From a virus (lineage: Duplodnaviria; Caudoviricetes): a stretch of 26,004 bases of DNA. The position numbers were made by a program, and so were the translations under genes. Below are positions 1 to 9,699 of the stretch, one piece after another; within the stretch, counting starts at the first letter, position 1, and every line of letters starts with the position of its first letter. A model generated the notes under the pieces. The model worked only from the letters and a program-made list of their open reading frames with translations. It ran no database searches and was not told the DNA's origin. The stretch is from the IMG/VR virus record IMGVR_UViG_3300044512_000579, positions 1 through 26,004 of that record, one strand, 5' to 3'.

Positions 1-2
1 TT

Positions 3-1202
3 GATGAAGCTAAAGCTGAATTTAAAAGAAACTCAAAAGAGATTATAGATTTAGCTGCTAGACACAATAAAAGAGATTTAGCTGACAAAGCGATTGCTGA
101 TGGTATCTCTGTTGAAGAATTTAGAGGTGTATTATTAGAAAATATTTCTAACAACACTCCTTTAGAAACTCCTTCAGAAATCGGCATGACTAAAGAAGAA
201 GTAAGAGAATTTAGCCTAGTAAAAGCTATTAGAGCTATGGCTAATCCTGCTGATAGAAAAGCTCAAGAAGAAGCTGCATTTGAATTTGAATGTTCTGCTG
301 AAGCTGCAAGACAGTATGGTAAAGATGCTCAAGGCATCATGCTACCTGCTGAAGTGCTAAGAACTTGGGGTAAAAGAGACATCAACTCATCTGATGATTC
401 AACTTTAATAGCTGAAGATTACAGAGGAGGAGACTTCATTGATGTATTAAGAAATGAATCTTCAGTAATGCAAGCTGGAGCAACAATGTTAAGAGGATTA
501 CAGGGTAATGTTGTAATTCCTAAGAAAACTGCTGCTTCATCTGCTGGTTGGATTGCAACCGAAGGTACTGCTGCTTCTGAAAGTGAATTCACTTCAGGTT
601 CAGTTACTATGTCACCAAAAGTAATTGGTGCTTTTACTGATGCAACAAGACTCTTATTACAACAATCATCATTAGATGTTGAGAACTTAATCAGAGATGA
701 CCTAACAAAATCAATCGCTACTGCAATTGACTTAGGTGCTTTAGCTGGTTCAGGCTCAAGTGGTCAACCAACAGGTATTGCAAATACTTCAGGTATTAAC
801 ACAACTACATTTGCTGCTGCTAACCCAACATGGGCTGAGATCGTAGCGATGGAGTCCGCAGTCGCAAACGATAATGCTTTAACAGGTTCTTTAGCATATA
901 TCTGTAGACCTGCTGACTTTGGTACTTTGAAAACAACTGAAAAAGCAACTAATACTGCTCAGTTTGTTGTTTCTCCTGACAATAGCATGAATGGCTATAA
1001 TGTTGTCAGAAGTAATCAAGTAACAAGTGGTGATTTCTACTTTGGTAACTTTGCAGACTTATTAATTGGTATGTATGGTGGTTTAGATATTACTGTTGAT
1101 CCTTATGCATTATCAACTTCAGGTGGAGTAAGAATTGTTGCTCTACAAACTGTTGATGTTGCTGTAAGACACGCAGTATCTTTCTGTAAATCAAGCGACT
1201 AA
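3..1202 (+). CDS. Major capsid protein, HK97 fold (5'-truncated; may be fused to a scaffold or protease domain upstream)
   Basis: The frame of the 186..1202 ORF is open from position 3 (DEAKAEFKRNSKEIIDLAARH...). HK97-like motifs include FIDVLRNESSVMQAGA, ASSAGWIATEG, GSGSSGQPTGI and FYFGNFADLLIG. It lies upstream of the head-tail genes. Confidence 0.93.
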   Translation, partial: DEAKAEFKRNSKEIIDLAARHNKRDLADKAIADGISVEEFRGVLLENISNNTPLETPSEIGMTKEEVREFSLVKAIRAMANPADRKAQEEAAFEFECSAEAARQYGKDAQGIMLPAEVLRTWGKRDINSSDDSTLIAEDYRGGDFIDVLRNESSVMQAGATMLRGLQGNVVIPKKTAASSAGWIATEGTAASESEFTSGSVTMSPKVIGAFTDATRLLLQQSSLDVENLIRDDLTKSIATAIDLGALAGSGSSGQPTGIANTSGINTTTFAAANPTWAEIVAMESAVANDNALTGSLAYICRPADFGTLKTTEKATNTAQFVVSPDNSMNGYNVVRSNQVTSGDFYFGNFADLLIGMYGGLDITVDPYALSTSGGVRIVALQTVDVAVRHAVSFCKSSD

Positions 1203-1223
1203 TTAACTGATGCTTAAATGGAA

Positions 1224-1243
1224 TGGGGGTAGTAATACCCCCA
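1224..1243 (+). terminator. Hairpin after the capsid gene (terminator-like or stabilising)
   Basis: TGGGGGTA-GTAA-TACCCCCA is an 8-bp stem with a GNRA loop; it has no strong U tract. Confidence 0.6.
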
Positions 1244-1251
1244 ACTTAAAT

Positions 1252-1467
1252 ATGAAAAAATACAAAATCTTAACAGATACAATGGCTGGCGGTTCTAAAG
1301 TTCATGCTGGCGATATAGTTGAATTACCTGAACATGAAGGTCATGCTTTATGTGGATATGGTAAAGCTGAAGTTCATGTAGGAAAACCTAAAGCTGAAAA
1401 AGAAGATAGAAGCGTAGGTTTAAAAACTTCAAAAACAAAAGCTCCAAAAACAAGAGCTAAAAAATAA
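1252..1467 (+). CDS. Small basic head-associated hypothetical protein (lambda FI-like position)
   Basis: ORF directly after the capsid gene. ATG 1252 is preferred over 1210 because the 1210 start runs through the hairpin. Confidence 0.7.
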   Translation: MKKYKILTDTMAGGSKVHAGDIVELPEHEGHALCGYGKAEVHVGKPKAEKEDRSVGLKTSKTKAPKTRAKK

Positions 1468-1470
1468 ATC

Positions 1471-1875
1471 ATGCCTTTAGAGAGTGCATTAGATTTTAAC
1501 GCCTATGTTGATACTACAACAGGTCATGGCGTAACTGCTACATTCTTTGAAGTCCAATCCTCACTATGGGATTCAAGACAAGGATTAATTGATACTTGGT
1601 TTGATATTGATTCAGGAGATGCCTATAGTGTAAATATCATAATAGATCAAGAATATTTTAATATAGAAGGTGGTACTGTTCCTGTTGCTGGTTATCAGCC
1701 AAGAGCAATAATCAAATCATCTGATGTACCTTATATCTCACAAGAAGATAAATTAGTTGTTGATGCAATAACCACTGATCAAGGTAATGTTCTAAAACCT
1801 GAAACTACATTCCTAGTAAAAACAGTAGAGCCTGATAATACAGGATTGGTTTCATTGGTCTTAGAGGAGCAATAA
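1471..1875 (+). CDS. Head-tail joining / head-closure protein (FII-like), paralog 1
   Basis: Synteny, size and C-terminal VKTVEPDNTGLVSLVLE motif. Confidence 0.7.
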   Translation: MPLESALDFNAYVDTTTGHGVTATFFEVQSSLWDSRQGLIDTWFDIDSGDAYSVNIIIDQEYFNIEGGTVPVAGYQPRAIIKSSDVPYISQEDKLVVDAITTDQGNVLKPETTFLVKTVEPDNTGLVSLVLEEQ

Positions 1876-2225
1876 TGTCTCAATTTAGATTAGAAACTGA
1901 ATTAGATATGGCTGGATATTTAGATATTAATTATGGTCATGGGGTATCTGCTGTTTATACAAACAATGGTACTTCTACAACTATTAATATTATTTTAAAT
2001 AATGAATATGTAGAACAGGATGAAGGTGTTGGTGTAGAAGCATTAAAGCCAATTGCTTATTGTAGAACTGTAGATGTTCCTAATATTACATTTGGCAATA
2101 GATTAGATGTATCTGCAATTAAAGATACAAATGGTAATATACTCAAAGCAGCACAAAACTATACTGTTGTTAATATACAAGCAGATAGAACTGGTTTTAG
2201 TGCATTAATGTTAGAGGAAGTGTAA
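1875..2225 (+). CDS. Head-tail joining / head-closure protein (FII-like), paralog 2
   Basis: Aligns end to end with the preceding ORF; YTVVNIQADRTGFSALMLE motif. Confidence 0.7.
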   Translation: MSQFRLETELDMAGYLDINYGHGVSAVYTNNGTSTTINIILNNEYVEQDEGVGVEALKPIAYCRTVDVPNITFGNRLDVSAIKDTNGNILKAAQNYTVVNIQADRTGFSALMLEEV

Positions 2226-2665
2226 TGGCAAATCATGTAAGACAGCAAATAAGAGAAAAGTTTGGTACTACTTTAACTGGTTTAACTACAACTGGTTCAA
2301 GAGTTTATGAATCAAGGGTTTATCCATTAGAAACAGTACCAGCATTAGTTATCTATACTAAATCAGAAACATCTGAACCAATAGTTATAGGCACTGATCG
2401 TGTTATGAGTAGAGAATTGTCAGTAGTCGTTGAAGGTTATGCAAAAGCTACTAGTGACTTTGATGATACTATTGATACAATATCAAAAGAAGTTGAAGAA
2501 GCAATAGCAGCAGATAGAACTTTAGATGGATTAGCTAAAGATTGCTATTTAGAATCAACAGAAATAGAGTTTAATGGTGAAGGTGAGAAACCACTAGGAT
2601 ATGTGAGTTTAACCTTCTTAGCAAATTATTACGTTCAGGAAACTAACCCTGACGTAGCAGTATAG
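2225..2665 (+). CDS. Tail terminator protein (lambda U-like)
   Basis: HVRQQIRE, VYESRVYP, PALVIY and EVEEAI motifs; lies upstream of the tail tube gene. Confidence 0.75.
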   Translation: MANHVRQQIREKFGTTLTGLTTTGSRVYESRVYPLETVPALVIYTKSETSEPIVIGTDRVMSRELSVVVEGYAKATSDFDDTIDTISKEVEEAIAADRTLDGLAKDCYLESTEIEFNGEGEKPLGYVSLTFLANYYVQETNPDVAV

Positions 2666-2674
2666 GAGACAATT

Positions 2675-2842
2675 ATGAAAATGATTAGTCCTGATGGAAA
2701 AGTTTCTATAAAAGCTCATCCTTCTAAGGTTGAGTCTTTATTGAATATGGGTTGGAAAGAGGAAGCAGTCCATTCGCAAGATAAAATTAAATCTTCTTCT
2801 AAGAAAAAGTCGAAAGACGAGGTAGAAAATGGCGACACATAA
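2675..2842 (+). CDS. Hypothetical 55-aa protein (not in ORF track)
   Basis: AGGAG RBS at 2664-2668; MKMISPDGKVSIKAHPSKVESLLNMGWKEE...; fills the gap before the tail tube gene. Confidence 0.8.
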   Translation: MKMISPDGKVSIKAHPSKVESLLNMGWKEEAVHSQDKIKSSSKKKSKDEVENGDT

Positions 2843-3218
2843 AGGAAGTGAAGGAACTGTAAAAGTCGGTTCTAATGCTGTAGCTGAAATAAGATCATAC
2901 TCACTTGAGGAAACTGCTGATACTTTAGAAGATACTTCAATGGGTGATTCTGCTAGAACCTATAAATCATCATTGACTTCTTTCTCAGGAAGTATAGATG
3001 TATTTTGGGATGAGACTGATACAAGTGGTCAAGGTGCATTAACTATTGGATCAGAAGTAACTCTAAATGTATATCCTGAAGGAGATACAGCAGGTGATAC
3101 TTATTACAGTGGTTCAGCTATTGTTACTGGTGTAACAAGAAATGCATCATTTGATGGATTGGTTGAAGCAAGTGTTTCAGTACAAGGTACTGGTGCATTA
3201 ACATCAACAACAGTATAA
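2829..3218 (+). CDS. Major tail tube protein
   Basis: Ser/Thr/Gly-rich; EDTSMGD..RTY and SVSVQGTGAL motifs; precedes chaperone and tape measure. Confidence 0.85.
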   Translation: MATHKGSEGTVKVGSNAVAEIRSYSLEETADTLEDTSMGDSARTYKSSLTSFSGSIDVFWDETDTSGQGALTIGSEVTLNVYPEGDTAGDTYYSGSAIVTGVTRNASFDGLVEASVSVQGTGALTSTTV

Positions 3219-3222
3219 GAAA

Positions 3223-3561
3223 ATGTCAGCAATAGATAACGCAAAGAAGCATTTTGATAACCTAGAAACTAAAATTATAGAAGTCCCTGAATGGGGTGAG
3301 GATGAAAATAATCCACTTAAGATTTATTGTAAACCAATAACTCTTTCAGAGACTTCTAAATTTATGAAACTGGCTCAAGATGATGACGTACAGCTTTTGG
3401 CTTATGTTTTAATTTATAAAGCATTAGATGAAGCTGGAGAAAAGTTATTTACCATCGCTGATAAGAAAACCTTATTGGAGAGGGTTGATAGAGATGTATT
3501 AATAAGAGTTTCTAGCGAAATGATGAACAATGTTTCGCAGGAAGAAGTTAAAAAAAAGTAA
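3223..3561 (+). CDS. Tail assembly chaperone (lambda G-like)
   Basis: Lies between tail tube and tape measure and ends in a slippery A AAA AAG. Confidence 0.85.
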   Translation: MSAIDNAKKHFDNLETKIIEVPEWGEDENNPLKIYCKPITLSETSKFMKLAQDDDVQLLAYVLIYKALDEAGEKLFTIADKKTLLERVDRDVLIRVSSEMMNNVSQEEVKKK

Positions 3562-3710
3562 TTGAAGATAAGCAGCTATACATAAAATATGCTTTAGCTG
3601 AAAAACTTAATAAGACTTTAGCTGAAATTGAACAGATGACAGTTGAGGAGTTTCAAGGATGGTTGGCTTATCTTGAGATAAAGGAAGAAAGAAATGGCAG
3701 CTCTAACTAA
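3223..3710 (+). CDS. Tail assembly chaperone -1 frameshift product (GT-like)
   Basis: Heptamer A AAA AAG at 3552-3558. The -1 frame reads VIEDKQLYIKYALAEKLNKTLAEIEQMTVEEFQGWLAYLEIKEERNGSSN* to 3710. Confidence 0.85.
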
Positions 3711-5478
3711 ATCAGATATTCATTTTAATTTTATTGGAAATGATAAATCTGCTAAAGCAGTTAATAGTTTTAAGAAAAATATTAATAGTACAAATCAGGC
3801 TTTGGCTAGTCTGAGAAATACTATTGTTGCTGCTTTTAGTGTTAGAGAAATAGTTAATGCTGCTAACGTGATGATAGGCGTAGAAAATAGAATGAACGCC
3901 TTGACTGGTAGTGCAGAAGAAACAGCAAAAGCTATGGATCACATGAGAAGGATAGCCATTGAATCAAGGTCTGATTTTGATGCTGTTGCTATGTTATTCA
4001 CAAGACTTTCTTTAGCTACAGAACATCTTGGAGCAACTCAAGATGATGTAGCAAAAGCTACTCAAATGGTAGCTAATACTTTTATCATTGCTGGTTCTCA
4101 TGCTCAAGAGGCAAATAACTCTGCTAGACAGTTAGCACAGGGTTTAGCTTCAGGTGCTTTAAGAGGTGACGAGCTTAGATCGGTAATGGAAAATAACACG
4201 ATTCTTACTAAAATGTTAGCCGATGGTTTAGATATGACTGTTGGTGAACTTAGAGAATTTGGTCATGCTGGTAAACTAACAGCAGAAACTGTAATGCCAA
4301 TTCTTATTGCAGGTATTGATGAAACTAATAATCTAATTAAAGATATGCCTATGACTTTAGGTCAGGCTGGTGTGGCTTTAAGAAACAACTTCCAATTTAT
4401 AATTGGTGATGTTCAAAAAGCTACTGGTGGTTTTTCAGGATTTGCTGCTGTAGTAAATAAATTTGCAGAAAATTTAGATGTAATATTAATTCCAGCAATT
4501 ACAGCAACAGCAGTAGCAATTAATACTACCCTTATTCCAGCATTGAAAAAAATGGCAGTCTTAATAGCTGCAAATCCACTTGGAGCATTGATTATTGGTA
4601 TAACTGCTGCAATCTCTGCTGTTTATATATTTAGAAATGAAATAGTTGGAGTTTTTCAAGAAGTGTTTATGAGGATGCTTCCAAATACTATTGATCGTTT
4701 TTTAATTAAATTCAAAGAATTTCAAAAAATATTTAGCTTTAAGAAAAAAGATCAAGAGTTAGATGCTGAAATAGCTGCTTTAGGTGCAAGAATAGAAAAA
4801 AGAACTAATAAAGTTTTTGACGAAATAAAAGTTCCTTCTCTTATGGATTTATTGCTAGGTAGAGACCCAAATGCAGAGACTGGAGATGGTACAACTGGTT
4901 TTACTCCATTAACAGCATTAGAACAATTCTTAATGGATGCAGAAAGAGGTTATAAAGATTTCTTTACTAATATCAAAACCATGCAAGAAGAAATGCAAGG
5001 CGTATTTAAAAAGTCATACGATGGGGTGACTCAATTGACTATGGATTTCTTAGAAAAAGGAAAAGCATCATTTAAAGATTATGCTACATCCATAGTAAGA
5101 GAATTAATTAGAATAGCAGTTCAAAAATTAGTTATAGATAAAATGTTTGCATCAATTGGTGGAATGTTTAAGCCGAAAATAGACACATCATCTTTAAATA
5201 TTCCCACAACCATACCTTCAGGAGATGGTGGTGGTTTTACAGGATTTGGTGCAAGAGCAGGCGGTGTAGATGGTAAAGGCGGATTCCCAGCTATATTACA
5301 TCCTAATGAAACTGTTATAGATCATACCAAAGGACAAGGTATGGGAGCTACAGTAAACTTTAATATATCAACAGTAGATGCTGCTGGATTTGACCAGTTG
5401 CTAGCATCAAGAAAAGGATTGATAACATCAATCATAAATAATGCCATGAATAATCAAGGCAAGATGGGGATAGTATAA
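3694..5478 (+). CDS. Tape measure protein
   Basis: QLAQGLASGALRGDELRSVMEN tape-measure motif, central hydrophobic segment, C-terminal GFPAILHPNETVID; follows the chaperones. Confidence 0.93.
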   Translation: MAALTKSDIHFNFIGNDKSAKAVNSFKKNINSTNQALASLRNTIVAAFSVREIVNAANVMIGVENRMNALTGSAEETAKAMDHMRRIAIESRSDFDAVAMLFTRLSLATEHLGATQDDVAKATQMVANTFIIAGSHAQEANNSARQLAQGLASGALRGDELRSVMENNTILTKMLADGLDMTVGELREFGHAGKLTAETVMPILIAGIDETNNLIKDMPMTLGQAGVALRNNFQFIIGDVQKATGGFSGFAAVVNKFAENLDVILIPAITATAVAINTTLIPALKKMAVLIAANPLGALIIGITAAISAVYIFRNEIVGVFQEVFMRMLPNTIDRFLIKFKEFQKIFSFKKKDQELDAEIAALGARIEKRTNKVFDEIKVPSLMDLLLGRDPNAETGDGTTGFTPLTALEQFLMDAERGYKDFFTNIKTMQEEMQGVFKKSYDGVTQLTMDFLEKGKASFKDYATSIVRELIRIAVQKLVIDKMFASIGGMFKPKIDTSSLNIPTTIPSGDGGGFTGFGARAGGVDGKGGFPAILHPNETVIDHTKGQGMGATVNFNISTVDAAGFDQLLASRKGLITSIINNAMNNQGKMGIV

Positions 5479-6077
5479 TGTCAGGTCAATTTCCAACAGA
5501 CCCTAATTTTAGAACTTTAAATTTTAAAGATAATAGACCTACATTATTGAATCAAACAATATCAGGTAGAAAACAAGTCAGACAAATAGGTAGTCAATAT
5601 TTTTCTTTTACAGTGCAAATGCCACCTTTACAACAAGAAAAGGCTCAAGAGATATTTGCATTTTTACAAAAACAAAAAGGGTCTTTTGAAAATTTTACAA
5701 TAGCTGCACCCTTAGATAATTTAGGTGCAAGCAAGTCAGAAACAGATATATTAGTAAATGGAGTTCATTCAGTTAGCGATAATACAATAGCTATGGATGG
5801 TTTTTCACAAACAACTGGTGCTTTAAAAGCAGGTGATTTAATTAAATTTGCCAATCATTCAAAAGTATATATGGTTGAATCAGATGTTAATGCTTCAGGC
5901 GGAGCAGCAACAGTAACCATTTCACCAAATCTTGTTTCTTCTCTAGCAGATAATGAAGCTGTTACTGTTAATAAACCTGAATTTACTGTATATCTTGAAA
6001 GTGATGAAATTATGTATTCAACAGATATAAGTGGTTTTTACAGCATTTCATTTGATGTTAGAGAGGTAATCACCTAA
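5478..6077 (+). CDS. Distal tail protein (Dit-like)
   Basis: First gene after tape measure; T.SGRKQVR and IFAFLQKQKGSFENF motifs. Confidence 0.75.
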   Translation: MSGQFPTDPNFRTLNFKDNRPTLLNQTISGRKQVRQIGSQYFSFTVQMPPLQQEKAQEIFAFLQKQKGSFENFTIAAPLDNLGASKSETDILVNGVHSVSDNTIAMDGFSQTTGALKAGDLIKFANHSKVYMVESDVNASGGAATVTISPNLVSSLADNEAVTVNKPEFTVYLESDEIMYSTDISGFYSISFDVREVIT

Positions 6078-6628
6078 TGCCTAGAAGTTTATCAGCAGGA
6101 TTACAAACACAGGTTTCAGCAGATGCAACTAAGATTGCATTTTTAGTTGAATTAAATTTATCAACGACTATAAGACTTACAGATTATTATAGAAATGTTA
6201 CTTATGATGCTAACTTATACGAAGCTGGTGGTTCATTTCTACAAGTGGCATCAACAACTGAAACTGGAAAATTAGAAGTTAATGAAATTGACTTGCAATT
6301 TTCTAATGTTACAGACCAAGTTAGGTCATTAGTACAAGATGGCTCTTTTACAAATAAATCAGTTGAAGTTTATATTGCTTATTTTGATACTGATGAAAAC
6401 ATAGTTGGTGCTATTAATTACTTTACAGGACAGATAAGAAATGTATCTATTTCTGAAACTATTGATTCATCTAATTTAGTTTTAACAGTTGCTTCACATT
6501 GGTCAAATTGGAATCTAACAAAGGGTAGACATTTTTCTGATGAATCACAACAAAACTTTAGTGCTGGTGATAAAGGATTAGAATACGCTACACAATCTAA
6601 AAAAGATATTAAATGGAGTAGTGACTAA
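6077..6628 (+). CDS. Tail tip / baseplate hub protein (DUF2163- or gpL-like)
   Basis: Synteny; YFTGQI and GRHFSDESQQ...GDKGLEY motifs. Confidence 0.65.
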   Translation: MPRSLSAGLQTQVSADATKIAFLVELNLSTTIRLTDYYRNVTYDANLYEAGGSFLQVASTTETGKLEVNEIDLQFSNVTDQVRSLVQDGSFTNKSVEVYIAYFDTDENIVGAINYFTGQIRNVSISETIDSSNLVLTVASHWSNWNLTKGRHFSDESQQNFSAGDKGLEYATQSKKDIKWSSD

Positions 6629-9294
6629 TGATTTTTGGTGCTATTTTTGGATTTTTTGCTAGTGTTGGTATAGGTACTGGTGTTGTAGCAGTTATTACAG
6701 GTGCTTTAACAGTTGCAACTTTTGCAGTAGGTATAAAGGGTTATCTGCAATTAAAAGACATGATGCAGCAAGGTCAATCTATTCTTGCTCAAAAAACTTC
6801 TGCTGGCGGTAAGATTCCTGTTATTTATGGTTCAAGAAGAGTTGGTAGTCAAGTAGTATTTATGGATACTGCTAATAATAACTCAAAACATTTATTTGTA
6901 GTTTATGCATTATCTGTTGGTGAAATAGAAAATATAGATGGTCGGTCTATAGAATTAGATGGTGCATCCATAACTGATTCTGCTAGATTTAGAGATGGTG
7001 GTTATATTGGTTCAGATAAAATAAGCTCAGGTAATGGCAGTTTGAACACAGCAGACCAAACAGGAGATTCTCCTAATATACAAGAATTAACAGCAGGTAC
7101 TCTTGGCACAGACCCAACAGATAAATATAGGTTTGTATTAAATCTTCATCATGGTGATGCAACACAAACAGTAGACCCAATGCTTAATGCATCTATAGGT
7201 TCTAAGTGGACTACTGCACATAAATTAAATGGTATAGCTTATATAGCTGCTACTTTTAAATTTGATGCTCAAGGTAAAATATGGAGAGGAGTACCGCAGC
7301 TTACAGTAGAAGTACAAGGTAAAAAAGTTTTTGATCCAAGAGATTCAGGTCAAACATTTGGTACTCCTTCTACTTATGAATGGTCAGATAATCCAGCTTT
7401 AGCATTATTAGATTATATGACTAATGATGAATATGGTAAGGGTTTAGCTGAAGCACAAGTTAATTTATCTACATTTGAATCTGCTGCTGATTTAGCTGAT
7501 GGTGCTAGAAATAATCCTGATTTTAATGGTTCTTATAGACAAATAGCTTGGAGTGGTAATACAGGAAATAGCTATGCTTATATTACAAGTTTTGATGAAT
7601 GGAAAAAATTTAAAGTAGGAGAATATCTAACATTAAAAGATAATTTTGGTAATACAGTTGTTGATAATAGATTAATTACTGGAAAAAATACTTATCGATT
7701 TTATAACGTATTTAGACTTAATATAATTAGCTGGGATTCACGTTATCCATTAGCTAATAATTACAGTGTAACAGCAACAACTGATACTATTATTGCTAAT
7801 GCTAAAAGGTTTCAATGTAATGCTTATATAGATACTAATTCTAATGTTATGGATAATGCAAAAGCATTATTAGCAAACATGAGAGGTTATCTTAATTATA
7901 TTGAAGGTAAGTATGAATTAGAAATAGAAGATACAGGTTCATCAACATTTACTATTACAGATGAGCATATTATAGCTGATGGCGGTATTAATGTTGATTA
8001 TGGTAATAAAGATGATAAAGCTAATGTTGTTGTTGTTGAATTTTTTAATGGTGCAAAAGATTATGAAATGGATACTGCAACTGTTTATCATTCTGCAACA
8101 ACCAATCCAAGCGATTATACTTCTGATGATGGTGGTGAAATATTAGAAATTAAAGCACAGTTTCCATACATATCAGATTATTACATAGCCTATAATATGG
8201 CTAAAACTATTCTTACTAGAAGCAGATATCAAACAAGAGTTCAATTTGTTGGTACTGCTGAAATGTATAAGTTAAATGTTAACGATATTGTTACTTTATC
8301 TTATACTCCATTAGGATTTACAGGAAAAGTATTTAGAGTTGAAGCATTAGAATTAATGCCAAATGGTCAACTACAAGTTAGCTTATTAGAATATTTTGAT
8401 GTCTATACATGGACTGTACCACCTCAAGAAAAAGTAGGTGACCCTATAGATGTACCTCAATCTTATGCAGTCAAACCACCAACAAACCCAACTTTTACTG
8501 ATACTAATGCAAGTTCAACAGGTAGACCTACTTTATCATGGACTGCTCCAACTGATACGCCAATAAAACAATATAGAGTAAATGTTGTTGATAGTTCTTC
8601 TAATAATATTTTAAGTATATTAACTGATACAACTGAAATAGATTTACCATTTATTCCTGTAGCAACTGATTATGTTGCAAGTGTAAATACAATTAATTCT
8701 AATGATGTAGAATCATCTTCTGCTACTTTAACCTTCAGTGTAGCAGATGAACCAACAAAAAATGCTGATATTCAAGATAATACTATCGTTGTAAATGATA
8801 AAGTTACAGCAGATTCTATAGGTGCAGTTAAAGGTGCTATTGGCACATTTTCAGCTACTTTATTTGTATTGGGAGCACCAATAAGTAGTTTCTATACTTA
8901 TCAATTAAGAAATTCTGATAGTACAACTGGTGATTTATCAAGTTTATTATCAACTCCAATAACTATTACAGTTCCACCTACTGCCACTGCAACTACTCAA
9001 CAATTTATTGCAACTGTGGATATGTCACCTACAGGCAGTGCTGGTGGTTTTGGTACAGATACAACTTATTTAACTATTGGTATGTCAACAAGTTCTAGTG
9101 CAACTACAGTTTGGACTACAGGAGAAAGTTATGAATATGTTTCAGACCATATTCCATTAAGTGTATCTATTATATTTTCAATAACTACATCAACAACTGC
9201 ATCTGTTACAAGGTATGTTCATGCTTATGCTGGTGCATTAGATTTGGTTGGTAGTTTTAAGGCTACAGTTACAGTAGAGGGTTTATATAGATGA
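6628..9294 (+). CDS. Tail tip / central host-specificity protein (J-like) with FN3-like region
   Basis: IPVIYGSRRVG, VYALSVGEIENI, VQGKKVFDPR and WSDNPALALLDY motifs; LSWTAP...QYRV is FN3-like. Confidence 0.85.
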   Translation: MIFGAIFGFFASVGIGTGVVAVITGALTVATFAVGIKGYLQLKDMMQQGQSILAQKTSAGGKIPVIYGSRRVGSQVVFMDTANNNSKHLFVVYALSVGEIENIDGRSIELDGASITDSARFRDGGYIGSDKISSGNGSLNTADQTGDSPNIQELTAGTLGTDPTDKYRFVLNLHHGDATQTVDPMLNASIGSKWTTAHKLNGIAYIAATFKFDAQGKIWRGVPQLTVEVQGKKVFDPRDSGQTFGTPSTYEWSDNPALALLDYMTNDEYGKGLAEAQVNLSTFESAADLADGARNNPDFNGSYRQIAWSGNTGNSYAYITSFDEWKKFKVGEYLTLKDNFGNTVVDNRLITGKNTYRFYNVFRLNIISWDSRYPLANNYSVTATTDTIIANAKRFQCNAYIDTNSNVMDNAKALLANMRGYLNYIEGKYELEIEDTGSSTFTITDEHIIADGGINVDYGNKDDKANVVVVEFFNGAKDYEMDTATVYHSATTNPSDYTSDDGGEILEIKAQFPYISDYYIAYNMAKTILTRSRYQTRVQFVGTAEMYKLNVNDIVTLSYTPLGFTGKVFRVEALELMPNGQLQVSLLEYFDVYTWTVPPQEKVGDPIDVPQSYAVKPPTNPTFTDTNASSTGRPTLSWTAPTDTPIKQYRVNVVDSSSNNILSILTDTTEIDLPFIPVATDYVASVNTINSNDVESSSATLTFSVADEPTKNADIQDNTIVVNDKVTADSIGAVKGAIGTFSATLFVLGAPISSFYTYQLRNSDSTTGDLSSLLSTPITITVPPTATATTQQFIATVDMSPTGSAGGFGTDTTYLTIGMSTSSSATTVWTTGESYEYVSDHIPLSVSIIFSITTSTTASVTRYVHAYAGALDLVGSFKATVTVEGLYR

Positions 9295-9671
9295 TAAAAA
9301 TAAGTGTATATAAAAAATCAGATGGAATTATTATTGAAAATAGGTCAGTAAATACTTTAGATGAAATGAATACATTAGATGATTCTATATATGGATATAT
9401 AGAAGGTCATTATGATATTGAAAAATACAAATATATTGATGATGAAGTGGTTGCATATCAAAAACCAGCAGAAGATACAAAAATACAAATAAGAAGATTT
9501 AGAGATGCATTATTAGCAAAATCAGATTGGACGCAAAATAACGATAGTCCTTTATCTGAAACTAAAAAACAAGCATGGGCAACATATAGACAAGCATTAA
9601 GGGATTTACCTTCACAATACAACTCAGATGATAATATTACTGATGTTATATTTCCAACTATCCCTGAATGA
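9291..9671 (+). CDS. Tail fibre assembly chaperone-like protein
   Basis: RDALLAKSDWTQ..D.P....WATYRQALRDLP signature. Confidence 0.85.
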   Translation: MIKISVYKKSDGIIIENRSVNTLDEMNTLDDSIYGYIEGHYDIEKYKYIDDEVVAYQKPAEDTKIQIRRFRDALLAKSDWTQNNDSPLSETKKQAWATYRQALRDLPSQYNSDDNITDVIFPTIPE

Positions 9672-9699
9672 TTTAAGATATATAAAATAGGATTTTATT

